A DNA stretch of 64,000 nt from the NCBI GenBank assembly GCA_963850365.1, contig CAWKKX010000051.1, forward strand, positions 195,863-259,862, read 5' to 3'. The stretch is from an uncultured Chloroflexia bacterium. GTDB lineage: Bacteria; Chloroflexota; Ktedonobacteria; Ktedonobacterales; Ktedonobacteraceae. Positions 41,401 through 50,874 of the stretch are shown here, piece after piece. Positions within the stretch are counted from its first letter, which is position 1; each line of letters opens with the position of its first letter. Under the pieces are notes generated by a model, which saw nothing but the letters and a program-made list of their open reading frames with translations, ran no database searches and was not told where the DNA came from. Position numbers and translations under genes: made by a program.

Positions 41401-43548
41401 ATGGTCTCCTTTATTGAGGGTAACTACGATAAAACAAACGGCGGGTTGTGGATTGAGGAAAACGCTGTTTTGCCAGCGCAGGTCGCTACTGAAGCTGTAG
41501 GTGCTGTGCCGGCTGGTTTCACTAAAGAATACCAGGTGCTTGCTGGGGTGTGTGCGAGCATGAGTAGTGGTTTTATGTTGCTCAATCAGCGTGAGCGCGT
41601 TACCTACTCTAATGCTAGTGCGCTGCGTTTGTTGCGCTTAAATAATCGTGACCGTTCTACATTACAGGATTTCGATGTGCGCGACCACTTGCTCACCCTT
41701 GCCGCCGATCCTCAACTGGCGCGTACAGAGCTCGACCAGGTCTGGGAACATCTGGAGCAGGAGCACTCAGCAGAACTTGTGCTGACCGATGCAACTGCTA
41801 AATGGTTGCGTGTGCAGAGCTTTCCTGTGCGCGATGAACATGGATGTTTGCTAGGGCGCGGCGTTTTGCTCGATGATGTGACGCTCGAACGTTCGGCGGC
41901 GGAAGCGCGTGCGGAAACTCTGGCGATGGCCGCCCATGAACTAAAAACTCCTCTTGCTATTATTAAAGGTTGCGCTACGACTTTATTGGGCGGCTCGGCA
42001 CGCTGGGACCCATCTATGCAGCGTGAGATGCTGCAAATGATCGACGTCCAGTCTGATCGCCTCTATGATGTACTTAATACGTTGCTTGATGTCTGGCGCT
42101 TTGATGCGGGCACGCAATCGTTGCATCTGGCCCAGGTGCAGCTCTCCGAATTGCTCTTGCAACTGATACAGCGTTGGCAGAAACAGGCACCCGAACATCG
42201 TTTTGTACTTGATCTCCCTTCCAATCTGCCTGTTGTGTTGTGTGATGTGTTACGTATTGAGCAGGTTGTGAATCACTTGCTCAACAATGCTATAACCTAT
42301 TCTCCGCCGGGCAAGATTGTGCGTGTGCAGCTTGAGACGAACGATGTGGAGATGCGTGTTAGCGTTGCAGATGAGGGCGTAGGCATTGCCTCCGAACACC
42401 TGGATCGCATCTTTGATCGTTTCTACCGCGTGCAGCGTACAACCCTTGTGTCCCGACCGCAAGGACATGGTGATCTACACAGAGATGAGCTCTCACGCCA
42501 GGGCGGCAGTGGCCTGGGACTTGCAGCAGCCCGGTCAACAATTGAAGCGCACGGCGGTAAGATTTGGGCTGACTCGCTGGGTGTGGGCCAGGGTGCCACC
42601 TTTTATTTTACGTTACCATTCACGCCGCGCATGTCCGTTTCTCATGCGCCCCTTGCAACTGTTGAGAGTGTATCATCCGTTGCCTCACAGCGTGTACGTA
42701 CTGTACCTTTGAAGCAAGACCGCCGTGTCCATGTGCTTCTGGCGGAGAATGATGCTCGCCTGATACGTTATTTGCGTGCCAACCTGGAGGAGCAGCAGTA
42801 TAAGGTCCAGACTATCAGCCATGGTGTACAGTTCTTGCGTCAGATAGAGCTGGAAGAGCCCGATGTTATTATTTTATCGACCCAACTTGCGGATATGCAT
42901 GGTATAGAGCTTTTGCAGCGCCTGCGCGAATTCTCTAATGCTCCTGTTATGATGCTTTATGATACTTGCGATGAGGATGAGCGTGTGCAACTCTTCGATC
43001 TAGGTTGTGACGATCTGGTCATGAAGCCGTTTAGCATGAAAGAGTTGCTTGCCAGAGTGCGTGCTCTGTTGCGTCGGCGGTCACAACCTGTTGAAGAGAC
43101 GCAGAAGTCGTCAGTCTTTGCCACGGGCGATCTGGTCATTGATTATGCTCAACACCTGGTAACCGTGCGCGGCTTGCCTGTAAAGCTCAGCCGCACAGAG
43201 TATAAGTTGTTGAGCACCCTGGCGCAAAACGTTGATATGGTGGTAACACACGAACTTTTGCTGGAGAAAGTATGGGGGCCAGAGTATAATCGCGACATAG
43301 ATTTTATCTGGGTTTACATCAGCCGCCTGCGCCGCAAAGTCGAAGCCAATTCGCGCCGTCCCGAATATATCCTGACTGTACCTGATGTAGGTTATAAGTT
43401 GGCGAAGATAGAGAAACTGACAATAGGTAGAAGTGTAAGTAAAAATGTTACTTACCCCTACTCAAATCAAAACTGCTCTCTTAGCGTTAAAAAACGAGGC
43501 GTTCCCTGCGCATCAATAGTTGATACGCCCTGCATAGCGCTGGTATAG
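41401..43548 (+). CDS. Fused PAS / His kinase / receiver / OmpR winged-helix regulator
   Basis: H-box AHELKTPL, N-box LLNNAITYS, G-boxes DEGVGI and GSGLGL, REC domain, Trans_reg_C (LSRTEYKLL...VYISRLRRK...VGYKL). The true end is probably near 43411; the extension overlaps the next gene. Confidence 0.9.
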   Translation: MVSFIEGNYDKTNGGLWIEENAVLPAQVATEAVGAVPAGFTKEYQVLAGVCASMSSGFMLLNQRERVTYSNASALRLLRLNNRDRSTLQDFDVRDHLLTLAADPQLARTELDQVWEHLEQEHSAELVLTDATAKWLRVQSFPVRDEHGCLLGRGVLLDDVTLERSAAEARAETLAMAAHELKTPLAIIKGCATTLLGGSARWDPSMQREMLQMIDVQSDRLYDVLNTLLDVWRFDAGTQSLHLAQVQLSELLLQLIQRWQKQAPEHRFVLDLPSNLPVVLCDVLRIEQVVNHLLNNAITYSPPGKIVRVQLETNDVEMRVSVADEGVGIASEHLDRIFDRFYRVQRTTLVSRPQGHGDLHRDELSRQGGSGLGLAAARSTIEAHGGKIWADSLGVGQGATFYFTLPFTPRMSVSHAPLATVESVSSVASQRVRTVPLKQDRRVHVLLAENDARLIRYLRANLEEQQYKVQTISHGVQFLRQIELEEPDVIILSTQLADMHGIELLQRLREFSNAPVMMLYDTCDEDERVQLFDLGCDDLVMKPFSMKELLARVRALLRRRSQPVEETQKSSVFATGDLVIDYAQHLVTVRGLPVKLSRTEYKLLSTLAQNVDMVVTHELLLEKVWGPEYNRDIDFIWVYISRLRRKVEANSRRPEYILTVPDVGYKLAKIEKLTIGRSVSKNVTYPYSNQNCSLSVKKRGVPCASIVDTPCIALV

Positions 43549-44265
43549 CTTTTCGACTTGCTCTATGCCACCTGGGACGTTAGCCGAAATAAAGACAGGA
43601 GGCTCTATACCTCTTAGGATGAGGTTATGAATTGTCTCGGCGGTGAGCATCTGGTGGATGAGTATTCCACTGAACGATGAGATAGCGCAGGCTTTGCCGC
43701 CGCCAGGCAATTCGAGCAGTGCATCGCCAAACGGTCCGCAGTTGTCGATCACGATGTCGGCAAATTCGTAGAGCTTCTTGCCAGAGGGATGGCGTGATGT
43801 CATTTGCTGCGTATGTGCAAGTGATGTGACAACGACCAGTGCATGCCCCCGCTCTTTCACACGCCGGGCGACTTCAACGATGGCCGCATTCACACCTGAT
43901 TGAGAGGAAATGATAAAGACATCTTGCGCTTCAATGCGATAACAGCTTAGTAGCGCCTGCCCTGCTGCAAGGTCGCGCTCAATATCGGGCCTCTTCACGC
44001 GTGCGAGCGACCAATGGGCACGCAATGCCAGGTCTTCCAGGTCTATTCTATTGATTGGTACCAGGCCACCTGCACGCCCGGCCAGCTCCATTGCTTGTGC
44101 ACGCGAGTGACCTGTGCCATAGGCGTGGATGACTCCGTTTTTCTCGATGCAATCGGCAAAGAGCTGTGCTGCGTTACGGATAGCATCGGCTTGTGTTTGA
44201 AGAACCTGCTCAAGGACTTTGGATGCCTCCTGCCAGAAGAGCTCTAATCCAATGTGTTCAGACAT
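43513..44265 (-). CDS. SIS-domain (sugar isomerase) protein
   Basis: GTGHS, ISSQSGVN, SRHPSGKKL.E.AD..IDNC.P.GDA, PPVFISAN.PGG. Confidence 0.85.
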   Translation of the reverse strand: MSEHIGLELFWQEASKVLEQVLQTQADAIRNAAQLFADCIEKNGVIHAYGTGHSRAQAMELAGRAGGLVPINRIDLEDLALRAHWSLARVKRPDIERDLAAGQALLSCYRIEAQDVFIISSQSGVNAAIVEVARRVKERGHALVVVTSLAHTQQMTSRHPSGKKLYEFADIVIDNCGPFGDALLELPGGGKACAISSFSGILIHQMLTAETIHNLILRGIEPPVFISANVPGGIEQVEKLYQRYAGRINY

Positions 44266-44294
44266 GGTGTTTTGCACCTTTCTCATCCACATGT

Positions 44295-45395
44295 TTAGTG
44301 TGTGCGGGTGATCTTTGTCAGGCTGCGTGGCTGGTCGGGATTGAGCCCCTTGTAAAGTGCCAGGTAGTGAGCAAAGAGCTGTCCAGGGATGATATAAGGG
44401 AGAGGAGCGAGGAGTTCGCTAATGTTTATGTGCGTTGCCGGATCGTTGCTTATAGTGGGTAACCTGAGTTGAATGGGTACAGTTGCCAGATCAAGCAAGC
44501 GTTCTTCTTCGGCGATCACCACGCAGTCTGCGTCCTGCGCTCGTAGCCATTGCAGTAGTTTGAACGAGTCATCGCTGGTCCTGCCTGGTGGAGCGAAGAT
44601 GATGGCAGGAAAGCCTCGCTCAACTAAGGCGGCTGGTCCGTGCCGGAAGTCGGCGCTGGAGAAAGGGGTTGCAACCACATAACAGGTCTCCGCCAGCTTC
44701 AGCGCTGTTTCGCGTGCTGTACTATATTGAAAGACGCGCCCCAATACTACGCAATCGCGTGCATGCGTATAGCGTTCTGCCACACGCGCAATATCCTCCT
44801 CGTTTGTAAGTGCGGCGGCAACAAGCTCTGGGATCTGCGCAAGGTTCGCTTGCAGTGACTCCCCACCGGGCATGTATGCAGATAACATGGCAAGCACGGT
44901 ACAGGTGGTGGTGTAGGTCTTGGTGGCGGCTACACTGCGCTCAAGGCCGGCATGACAGAGTAAGGTGTGTTGGGCAGTGTTTGCCAGTAGCGATCCTTCC
45001 TGATTTGTGATGCCTACTGTCAGGGCACCCGACTTGCCTGCTTGCGCGACAACTTCTACGATATCTGGCGCTGCACCTGACTGCGAGATGCCTATAACCA
45101 GCGCTTTTTCTAGCCTTGGAGAGATGCCATAGAGCGTGTAGAGCGAGGGCGTGGCCAGCGCGACCGGGATGCCATTTAGATATTGGAAAAGATATTGAGC
45201 ATACAATGCTGCATGATCGGAGGTTCCGCGAGCGGCAAGGATCACCAGATCTATGTCGCGTTGCTTTACTTCCAGGGCAACCTGTTGTACTGCATCGATG
45301 GTGCGACTCAGTACGTGCCGCAATGCTGCTGGTTGCTCCTGAATCTCATTCAACATATGCGTTTTGCCGGTGATAGGAAGAGAAGATTCTGACAT
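44295..45395 (-). CDS. Double-SIS GlmS-like protein, probable glucosamine-6-phosphate deaminase
   Basis: EIQEQP, ARGTSDHA, ISQSG, VAATKTYT, ETALKLAE, PDQPRSLTKITRT; no glutaminase domain; located in the nag operon. Confidence 0.85.
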   Translation of the reverse strand: MSESSLPITGKTHMLNEIQEQPAALRHVLSRTIDAVQQVALEVKQRDIDLVILAARGTSDHAALYAQYLFQYLNGIPVALATPSLYTLYGISPRLEKALVIGISQSGAAPDIVEVVAQAGKSGALTVGITNQEGSLLANTAQHTLLCHAGLERSVAATKTYTTTCTVLAMLSAYMPGGESLQANLAQIPELVAAALTNEEDIARVAERYTHARDCVVLGRVFQYSTARETALKLAETCYVVATPFSSADFRHGPAALVERGFPAIIFAPPGRTSDDSFKLLQWLRAQDADCVVIAEEERLLDLATVPIQLRLPTISNDPATHINISELLAPLPYIIPGQLFAHYLALYKGLNPDQPRSLTKITRTH

Positions 45396-45417
45396 AAAGC
45401 ATTTCCTTTGTGGAATA

Positions 45418-46669
45418 TCAGATACTCTCAGCTTGATAAGTACAGGTGCCGCGTACCCATGTGCGCTGTACGAAGCCATGTTCATCCAGAGCAACGAGAT
45501 CGGCGTCAGCGCCTGGTGTGATTCGTCCTTTGCGGTGCGCGATGCTGGCAATTGTAGCTGGCACCTGTGTTGCCATACGGATTGCCTCAGACCAACGGCA
45601 GCCGCTAAAAGCTACGATGTTCCTGACCGCGCTGTCAAGCGTCAACACGCTGCCAGCGAGTGAGCCGTTTGCCAGGCGTACTGCCCCACAACACAGAGTC
45701 ACTTTGCGCCCGACAAAATCGTAGTCTCCTTCTGGCAGTCCTGTTGGGGCTACGGCGTCGGTGATGAGTGCTATATTGTGTGCTCCACGAGCTGCGACGA
45801 CCAGTTTCGCAATAGCAGGATGGAGATGAATACCATCCGCAATAATCTCTACTGTGGTGCGAGCATCGGTCAAAAATGCGCCGGCCACGCCTGGCGCTCG
45901 ATGTACGAAGTGGCGACATAGCATTGAAGAGATGCGTTGAGTGGCGTGCCCCACCATCAATTGCTCTAATGGCCTGCTCATAGGTTGCCGAGGTATGGCC
46001 GACGCATGCTAAAATACCGAGCCGGACCGTCGTTGCCAGGAAGCGATCATGTGTATCTTCCTCTGGTGCATAGTCAACGATTCGAATCCAGCCTTGACCA
46101 GCTGCCACTAACTCTTCCATCTCTTGCGGATCTGGCGGGCGAATGCCTGGCTCGTATTGGGCACCTTTCTTCTCACGGCAAATAAATGGACCTTCCAGGC
46201 GCATACCCAGGATTTCGGCGGCGTGGGCATTCCCCCGGTCTCCCCGGTCTCCCTGGTTTGCAGCAGCGTTGGCTATCGTTTGTACCTGCGCTACTGTCTC
46301 TGCTTTGCCTAATGTTGCAATTGTGGGAAAGAATGATGTGACCCCTGTTTGAGGTAGATGACAAGCGATAGATGCTATGTCTTCTTGTGAGCCCGTAGTT
46401 ACATCGTGACCGTGAAAGCCGTGAATATGCAGGTCAATGTAACCGGGGGCCAGACTCCATGAGCCCAGGTCGGTCACTTCCACGACCGCATCTGGCATTT
46501 GCTCCCTTATACGCTGTTGCACAGAAGCTGTGTCGGCTCCTCGCCAGATGGCGCGGATTGTCGTCCCCTCAAGCACAACTGCAACCGGGCCTGCTATCTC
46601 CTCTGGCGTATAGAGTTTAGCTGCAACCACTATTTGCAATGGGAGTGCGTCTCCTATGACATCGCGCAT
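45418..46669 (-). CDS. nagA: N-acetylglucosamine-6-phosphate deacetylase (frameshift near 45908)
   Basis: PGYIDLHIHG, LEGPF, GHT, THLFNAM in one frame; HRAPG, IADGIHLHP, LITDA, LAGS in the +1 frame. Confidence 0.9.
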
Positions 46670-46729
46670 CGTTTGTTTCCTCACTTCAATGAAATGTCGC
46701 TTATCTATAAGCGAGTAGGCTGGACCTAT

Positions 46730-46781
46730 TTACATTTTTCATACGTTTTTGCGTTATGTGCAAAACGTATGAAAAATGTAA
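46730..46781. repeat. Palindrome of the same family (about 22-bp arms, one bulge)
   Basis: TTACATTTTTCATACGTTTT(T)GC-GTTATGT-GCAAAACGTATGAAAAATGTAA. Confidence 0.8.
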
Positions 46782-46805
46782 TAATGAAAGAACTAACTGG
46801 AGCTA

Positions 46806-47258
46806 TTACACTTCCAGAATAAAGAGAATATCTTGCCCGGCATGTACAGTGCCAGTGGCACGCCAGACTATTGTTCCGCTAGCGCAAGAGACGACCGGGC
46901 TGATGATCTCTTTGCCCCGTTGCTCAATGGCGCTGCGGTCAAAGCGAACGATGGGCGTTCCAACCTGAACCTTCTGGCCCTCGGTGGCAATGTTCGCGAA
47001 GCCCTCGCCTTGGAGTTCGACGGTATCGAGTCCGATGTGGACGATCAACTCAATATCATCGTCAGTGGCGATACCAAAAGCGTGACCGCCTGGAAACAGT
47101 TTGACCAGCTCGCCTGCAACAGGTGCTAGCGCAATCTGACCTGTCGGGTTGATTGCAACACCATCGCCGGCCATCTTTTGTGCGAACACTTCGTCGGGAA
47201 CGCTCTCTAGCTCGACAACCAGACCATCAAGTGGTGCAATAACATTTATACGTTTCAT
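46806..47258 (-). CDS. PTS glucose-family EIIA
   Basis: VPDEVFAQKMAGDG.AI.P, HAFG, VHIGLDTV.L.GEGF. Confidence 0.93.
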   Translation of the reverse strand: MKRINVIAPLDGLVVELESVPDEVFAQKMAGDGVAINPTGQIALAPVAGELVKLFPGGHAFGIATDDDIELIVHIGLDTVELQGEGFANIATEGQKVQVGTPIVRFDRSAIEQRGKEIISPVVSCASGTIVWRATGTVHAGQDILFILEV

Positions 47259-48814
47259 TCTTCACTTACTTTCTCTTCTACACTCTCCTCTGCACTCTCC
47301 TCTACGGTCTGACTTTTTAAGATGCGATTCATCCGGCCCGCAATACGATCAGATTGTGTTCCCATCACAACCTGGGCAATCTTGCCGCGCTTGATGACGC
47401 CCGATGCTCCAAGCGCTTTGAGGCGTGCCTCATCAATCTGATCTCCGTCATTGACGAAGAGTCGCAGGCGCGTGATACAGCCTTCTACGCTCTGTACATT
47501 CGCTTGACCACCAAGAGCCGCGATGATCTGGCTAGCAAGCACGTCGTCATTATCTCCTTTTGCTGCAGGTTCCGCAGAAGCTGTATTCTTAGCTTTCTTT
47601 GGTCCACGCTGGCTTTCTGGTAGTATCCAATCTGCGCTCAGACCAGTCGATGTCTCACCACGTCCAGGTGTCCCTAGATCGAAGCGTGTAATAAAGAAGC
47701 TAAATATAAAGTAATAAAGGATAAAGTAGACGACCCCAACGACGAGTAGCAATAAGGGATTGGTTGTGTTTGATTTGCTGAAGTTGAGCACGTAATCGAT
47801 TAGCCCGGCGGAAAAGCCAAAGCCAATCTTGATATTGAGCAGATAACATACTACAAGTGCCGTTCCTGTGAGTAATGCATGTATGACATAGAGTATGGGG
47901 GCCACGAAGATAAAGGCAAACTCGATGGGTTCAGTAACGCCGGTCAGGAAAGAGGTAAAAGCAGCGGAGAGCAGAATACCTGCCGCTACCTTGGGGAAGC
48001 GTGCGTGGCGGATCATTGCCAGGCATGCCGCTGGTAAGCCAAACATCATAATGGGGAAGAAGCCGGTCATATAGTTTCCGGCTGTAGGATCACCTGCGAA
48101 GTAGCGGTTGAGATCGCCATGCGCACCATGATAGGTGCCTAGTTGGAACCAGATATAGGTATTAAGAACATGATGAAGTCCGATAGGGATGAGCAGACGA
48201 TTCAAGAAGCCATAGATGCCCGCGCCAATAGGTCCAAGTGTGATAATCCCGGTGCCGAGCGCATTGACTCCAATCTGGATTGTAGGCCAGATGAGGCCGA
48301 AAATAGCGCCAAGAATAAGGGTGACCAGAGCTGTGATGATAGGAACGAAGCGTCGTCCACCGAAAAAAGCAAGGTAGTCTGGTAAGCGGATGTCATAGAA
48401 ACGGCGATATAATGCTGCCGCCGTTATACCCACAAGGATGCCTGATAATACGCCCATCGAGATGTTCGGATCAGGTTTCCCTGCCACCTGCGGAATAAGC
48501 GTGTTAAAGACGCCAGTAAACACAAAAAAGCCGACCGCAGCCGCGAGTGCAGCCGCCCCTTCTCCGCCGGCGAGACCAATGGCAATACCAATGGCGAAAA
48601 TCATCGACAGATTGGAGAAGACCGCATTACCAGCCGCAGCCATCCAGGGCCAGTTCAGCAGGTCTGGTTGCCCCAAACGTAGGAGGAGCGCTGCTGCCGG
48701 CAAAACGGCAATTGGAAGCATCAGTGAGCGGCCAAGACTCTGCAGGCTTCCAAGAACGCGGTCAGCAAGATTGGGGCCAACGGATGTGGAAAGCGTAGTG
48801 TTAACAGAACTCAT
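47255..48814 (-). CDS. nagE: PTS N-acetylglucosamine EIICB
   Basis: LGRSLMLPIAVLPAA, FFGGRRFVPI, GLHH, GVTEPIEF, EIIB GCITRLR; nag context. Confidence 0.9.
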   Translation of the reverse strand: MSSVNTTLSTSVGPNLADRVLGSLQSLGRSLMLPIAVLPAAALLLRLGQPDLLNWPWMAAAGNAVFSNLSMIFAIGIAIGLAGGEGAAALAAAVGFFVFTGVFNTLIPQVAGKPDPNISMGVLSGILVGITAAALYRRFYDIRLPDYLAFFGGRRFVPIITALVTLILGAIFGLIWPTIQIGVNALGTGIITLGPIGAGIYGFLNRLLIPIGLHHVLNTYIWFQLGTYHGAHGDLNRYFAGDPTAGNYMTGFFPIMMFGLPAACLAMIRHARFPKVAAGILLSAAFTSFLTGVTEPIEFAFIFVAPILYVIHALLTGTALVVCYLLNIKIGFGFSAGLIDYVLNFSKSNTTNPLLLLVVGVVYFILYYFIFSFFITRFDLGTPGRGETSTGLSADWILPESQRGPKKAKNTASAEPAAKGDNDDVLASQIIAALGGQANVQSVEGCITRLRLFVNDGDQIDEARLKALGASGVIKRGKIAQVVMGTQSDRIAGRMNRILKSQTVEESAEESVEEKVSEE

Positions 48815-48886
48815 TTCTAGCTCCTTTTTCCCTGAAAAAAATCAATGACTTCGTTGTCTAAAATACGGGAAACAGCCCATGCAATA

Positions 48887-48930
48887 GTTATAGCCAGTGG
48901 ATTGATATTTGTCAAGATGTCTAGACCACT
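48887..48930 (-). promoter_or_regulatory. nagE promoter with abutting dre-like operator
   Basis: Minus-strand TTGACA-17-TATAAC; operator AGTGGTCTAGACATCT (48915-48930). Confidence 0.8.
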
Positions 48931-49080
48931 AGATACTAAATTTTCTTATTGACTTGCCGCACCTTCGGTGCTTACGCCTCTAATCCATTATTTTATCTAT
49001 TTTTGCGCCTGGCGCAAAAATAGATAAAATAATGGAAAAACCATACAGCAAGCAAGCGAGGCGGTGTTTCTCAAAGCCGT

Positions 49081-49096
49081 AGCGGTCTAGACTTCT
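49081..49096. promoter_or_regulatory. Second dre-like operator, upstream of the GntR gene
   Basis: AGCGGTCTAGACTTCT, with the GTCTAGAC core. Confidence 0.65.
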
Positions 49097-49174
49097 AGAT
49101 AAAAATGTGGGAAGATATATAGTGGATGTGGTAAAAAAAATGGATAACAGGATAATGAACAGAGGAAATGTTAT

Positions 49175-49948
49175 ATGGTATTGAGTCATGAGGGCATTGA
49201 TAAGAATAGCCCTATTCCCGCGTACTATCAAATTATGGGTCATCTGCGCGAGAAGATAGCGGCTGGCGATTATCCTGTAAACAGTACTTTGCCGCCTGAG
49301 CGAGAACTGGTCGAAATGTATCAAGTAAGCCGTATGACTGTTCGTCAAGCCATTGCCGAGCTCGTCAACGAAGGTATCCTGGTGCGTCGCAAAGGCATCG
49401 GTACATTTGTGGCCCCACCTAAACTTGAGCAGCACTTGAGTAGCCTGACAAGCTTTACTGAAGATATGGCGCAGCGTGGTATGAAAGCGGGTGGACGCAT
49501 ACTCTCTTTTAAAGAAATCGTTCCCGATTCCACCATTCGTAAAATCCTCAATGTAAATGCCCAGGATACCGTTTTTGAAAGTGTACGCCTGCGCCTTGCC
49601 GACGAAGAGCCGATGGCTTTGGAGACCACAACGCTGATAGCGTCCCTCTGTCCGGGATTGAAGCGAGAAGATCTGGAAAATCAGTCTTTGTATAAGCTGC
49701 TGACCGAGCGCTGGGGCCTGCAATTAGAATACGCTACGCAGAGCCTTGAGCCCATACTAGCTCCACCACACGAGGCGGCACTATTGCATGTTGCCCCCGG
49801 TGCACCTCTCCTACTCATGCATCGCGTTACCCACGATCAGAGTGGGCGTGTTTTTGAGCATGTCAAATCCCTTTATCGCGGAGATCGCTATAAGTTCGTA
49901 ATTGATCTGCATCGTAACCAGGGTAGACGTTCCGTTGCACATAAATGA
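49175..49948 (+). CDS. GntR/HutC family regulator (NagR/DasR-like)
   Basis: LPPERELVEMYQVSRMTVRQAI, GTFV, UTRA domain (YRGDRY); divergent from the nag operon. Confidence 0.92.
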   Translation: MVLSHEGIDKNSPIPAYYQIMGHLREKIAAGDYPVNSTLPPERELVEMYQVSRMTVRQAIAELVNEGILVRRKGIGTFVAPPKLEQHLSSLTSFTEDMAQRGMKAGGRILSFKEIVPDSTIRKILNVNAQDTVFESVRLRLADEEPMALETTTLIASLCPGLKREDLENQSLYKLLTERWGLQLEYATQSLEPILAPPHEAALLHVAPGAPLLLMHRVTHDQSGRVFEHVKSLYRGDRYKFVIDLHRNQGRRSVAHK

Positions 49949-50188
49949 GCCCATCAAAATGGCTTCCTTATTTTCATATTTAAATGACAAATATATGAAA
50001 ATGATCAGACACACTTTCTAACTTGCAGTCTTGTGTGTGCGTAGTTATTAGGTGCAGGAATATTCAGTTTGCTGTAAGGTGTTTGCCCTAGATAGTAGTG
50101 TAATTGTAATGTATGCAACGTATGCTTATTTATGTAAAGCAGGAACATTTCAGTTAGCAGAATTTGCACTTAACTTAGAGGTATAGAT

Positions 50189-50821
50189 ATGTCGCAAGGG
50201 CAGAAACAAACGGTGCTTGTATTTGAAACTGACCCCTCGTTACGCCGACTCATAGCTCTTGGCCTGATCCATCGGGGATTGCATGTGATCGAGGCCGACT
50301 CGCTAACATCTATAGCTGAAATAGATGTCGAGATGGTGGATGTGTTTGTGCTGGATGTTGATAATACTACTTCTTGCGATTGGCAACTGCTTGAATCCAT
50401 ACAAGCGCAACCTCGCCTGACATCCATTGCCACTATCGTCCTGGCCTGGGAGGCTCCTTTAACGGGGAGCAGTGCCGTAGCTTTATCTACGCGCACCCAC
50501 AACACATTTTTGCCCAAGCCCTTCGATGCACGCACATTACACGAGACTATCGACAATCTCATTGCCGCTCGCTTTGCAGAACAAAAGGCCAGAGAAGCTC
50601 TGGCAGAGGCAGCCCTGCTCGCATCCTATTCCAGGCATACCTCTCCCAGCGTCTGGCCTATTATAACTGCTGCTGGCCTGTTACTTCTGGTTACTGGGCT
50701 GCTATTACAATTTGTGCTTGCAATTGTCGGCCTGCTTATCGTGATTGCGGGATTGTTGCTCTGGACCCTGGGTGGTCCGTCGGCCTCCACGAGTATGGCG
50801 CTCGGTGTGAGCCAATCATAA
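50189..50821 (+). CDS. Receiver domain fused to a C-terminal oxidase-type two-TM hairpin
   Basis: VLVFETD, DVFVLDVD, FLPKPF; then SPSVWP plus 2 TM. Confidence 0.75.
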   Translation: MSQGQKQTVLVFETDPSLRRLIALGLIHRGLHVIEADSLTSIAEIDVEMVDVFVLDVDNTTSCDWQLLESIQAQPRLTSIATIVLAWEAPLTGSSAVALSTRTHNTFLPKPFDARTLHETIDNLIAARFAEQKAREALAEAALLASYSRHTSPSVWPIITAAGLLLLVTGLLLQFVLAIVGLLIVIAGLLLWTLGGPSASTSMALGVSQS

Positions 50822-50874
50822 AAGCAAACTTGGAGCACTGTCAATGGTTCCACGGCGCGTAGCGAAAATCCCTT

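Noticed and set aside
43412-43548. C-terminal extension of the hybrid kinase overlapping the SIS gene
   Set aside because: OmpR-type domains end just after GYKL, and a TAG lies one base out of frame, so this is likely a lost stop.
48980-49723. Long antisense ORFs (also 38548..39147 and 60006..60602)
   Set aside because: Shadows of well-supported genes on the opposite strand.
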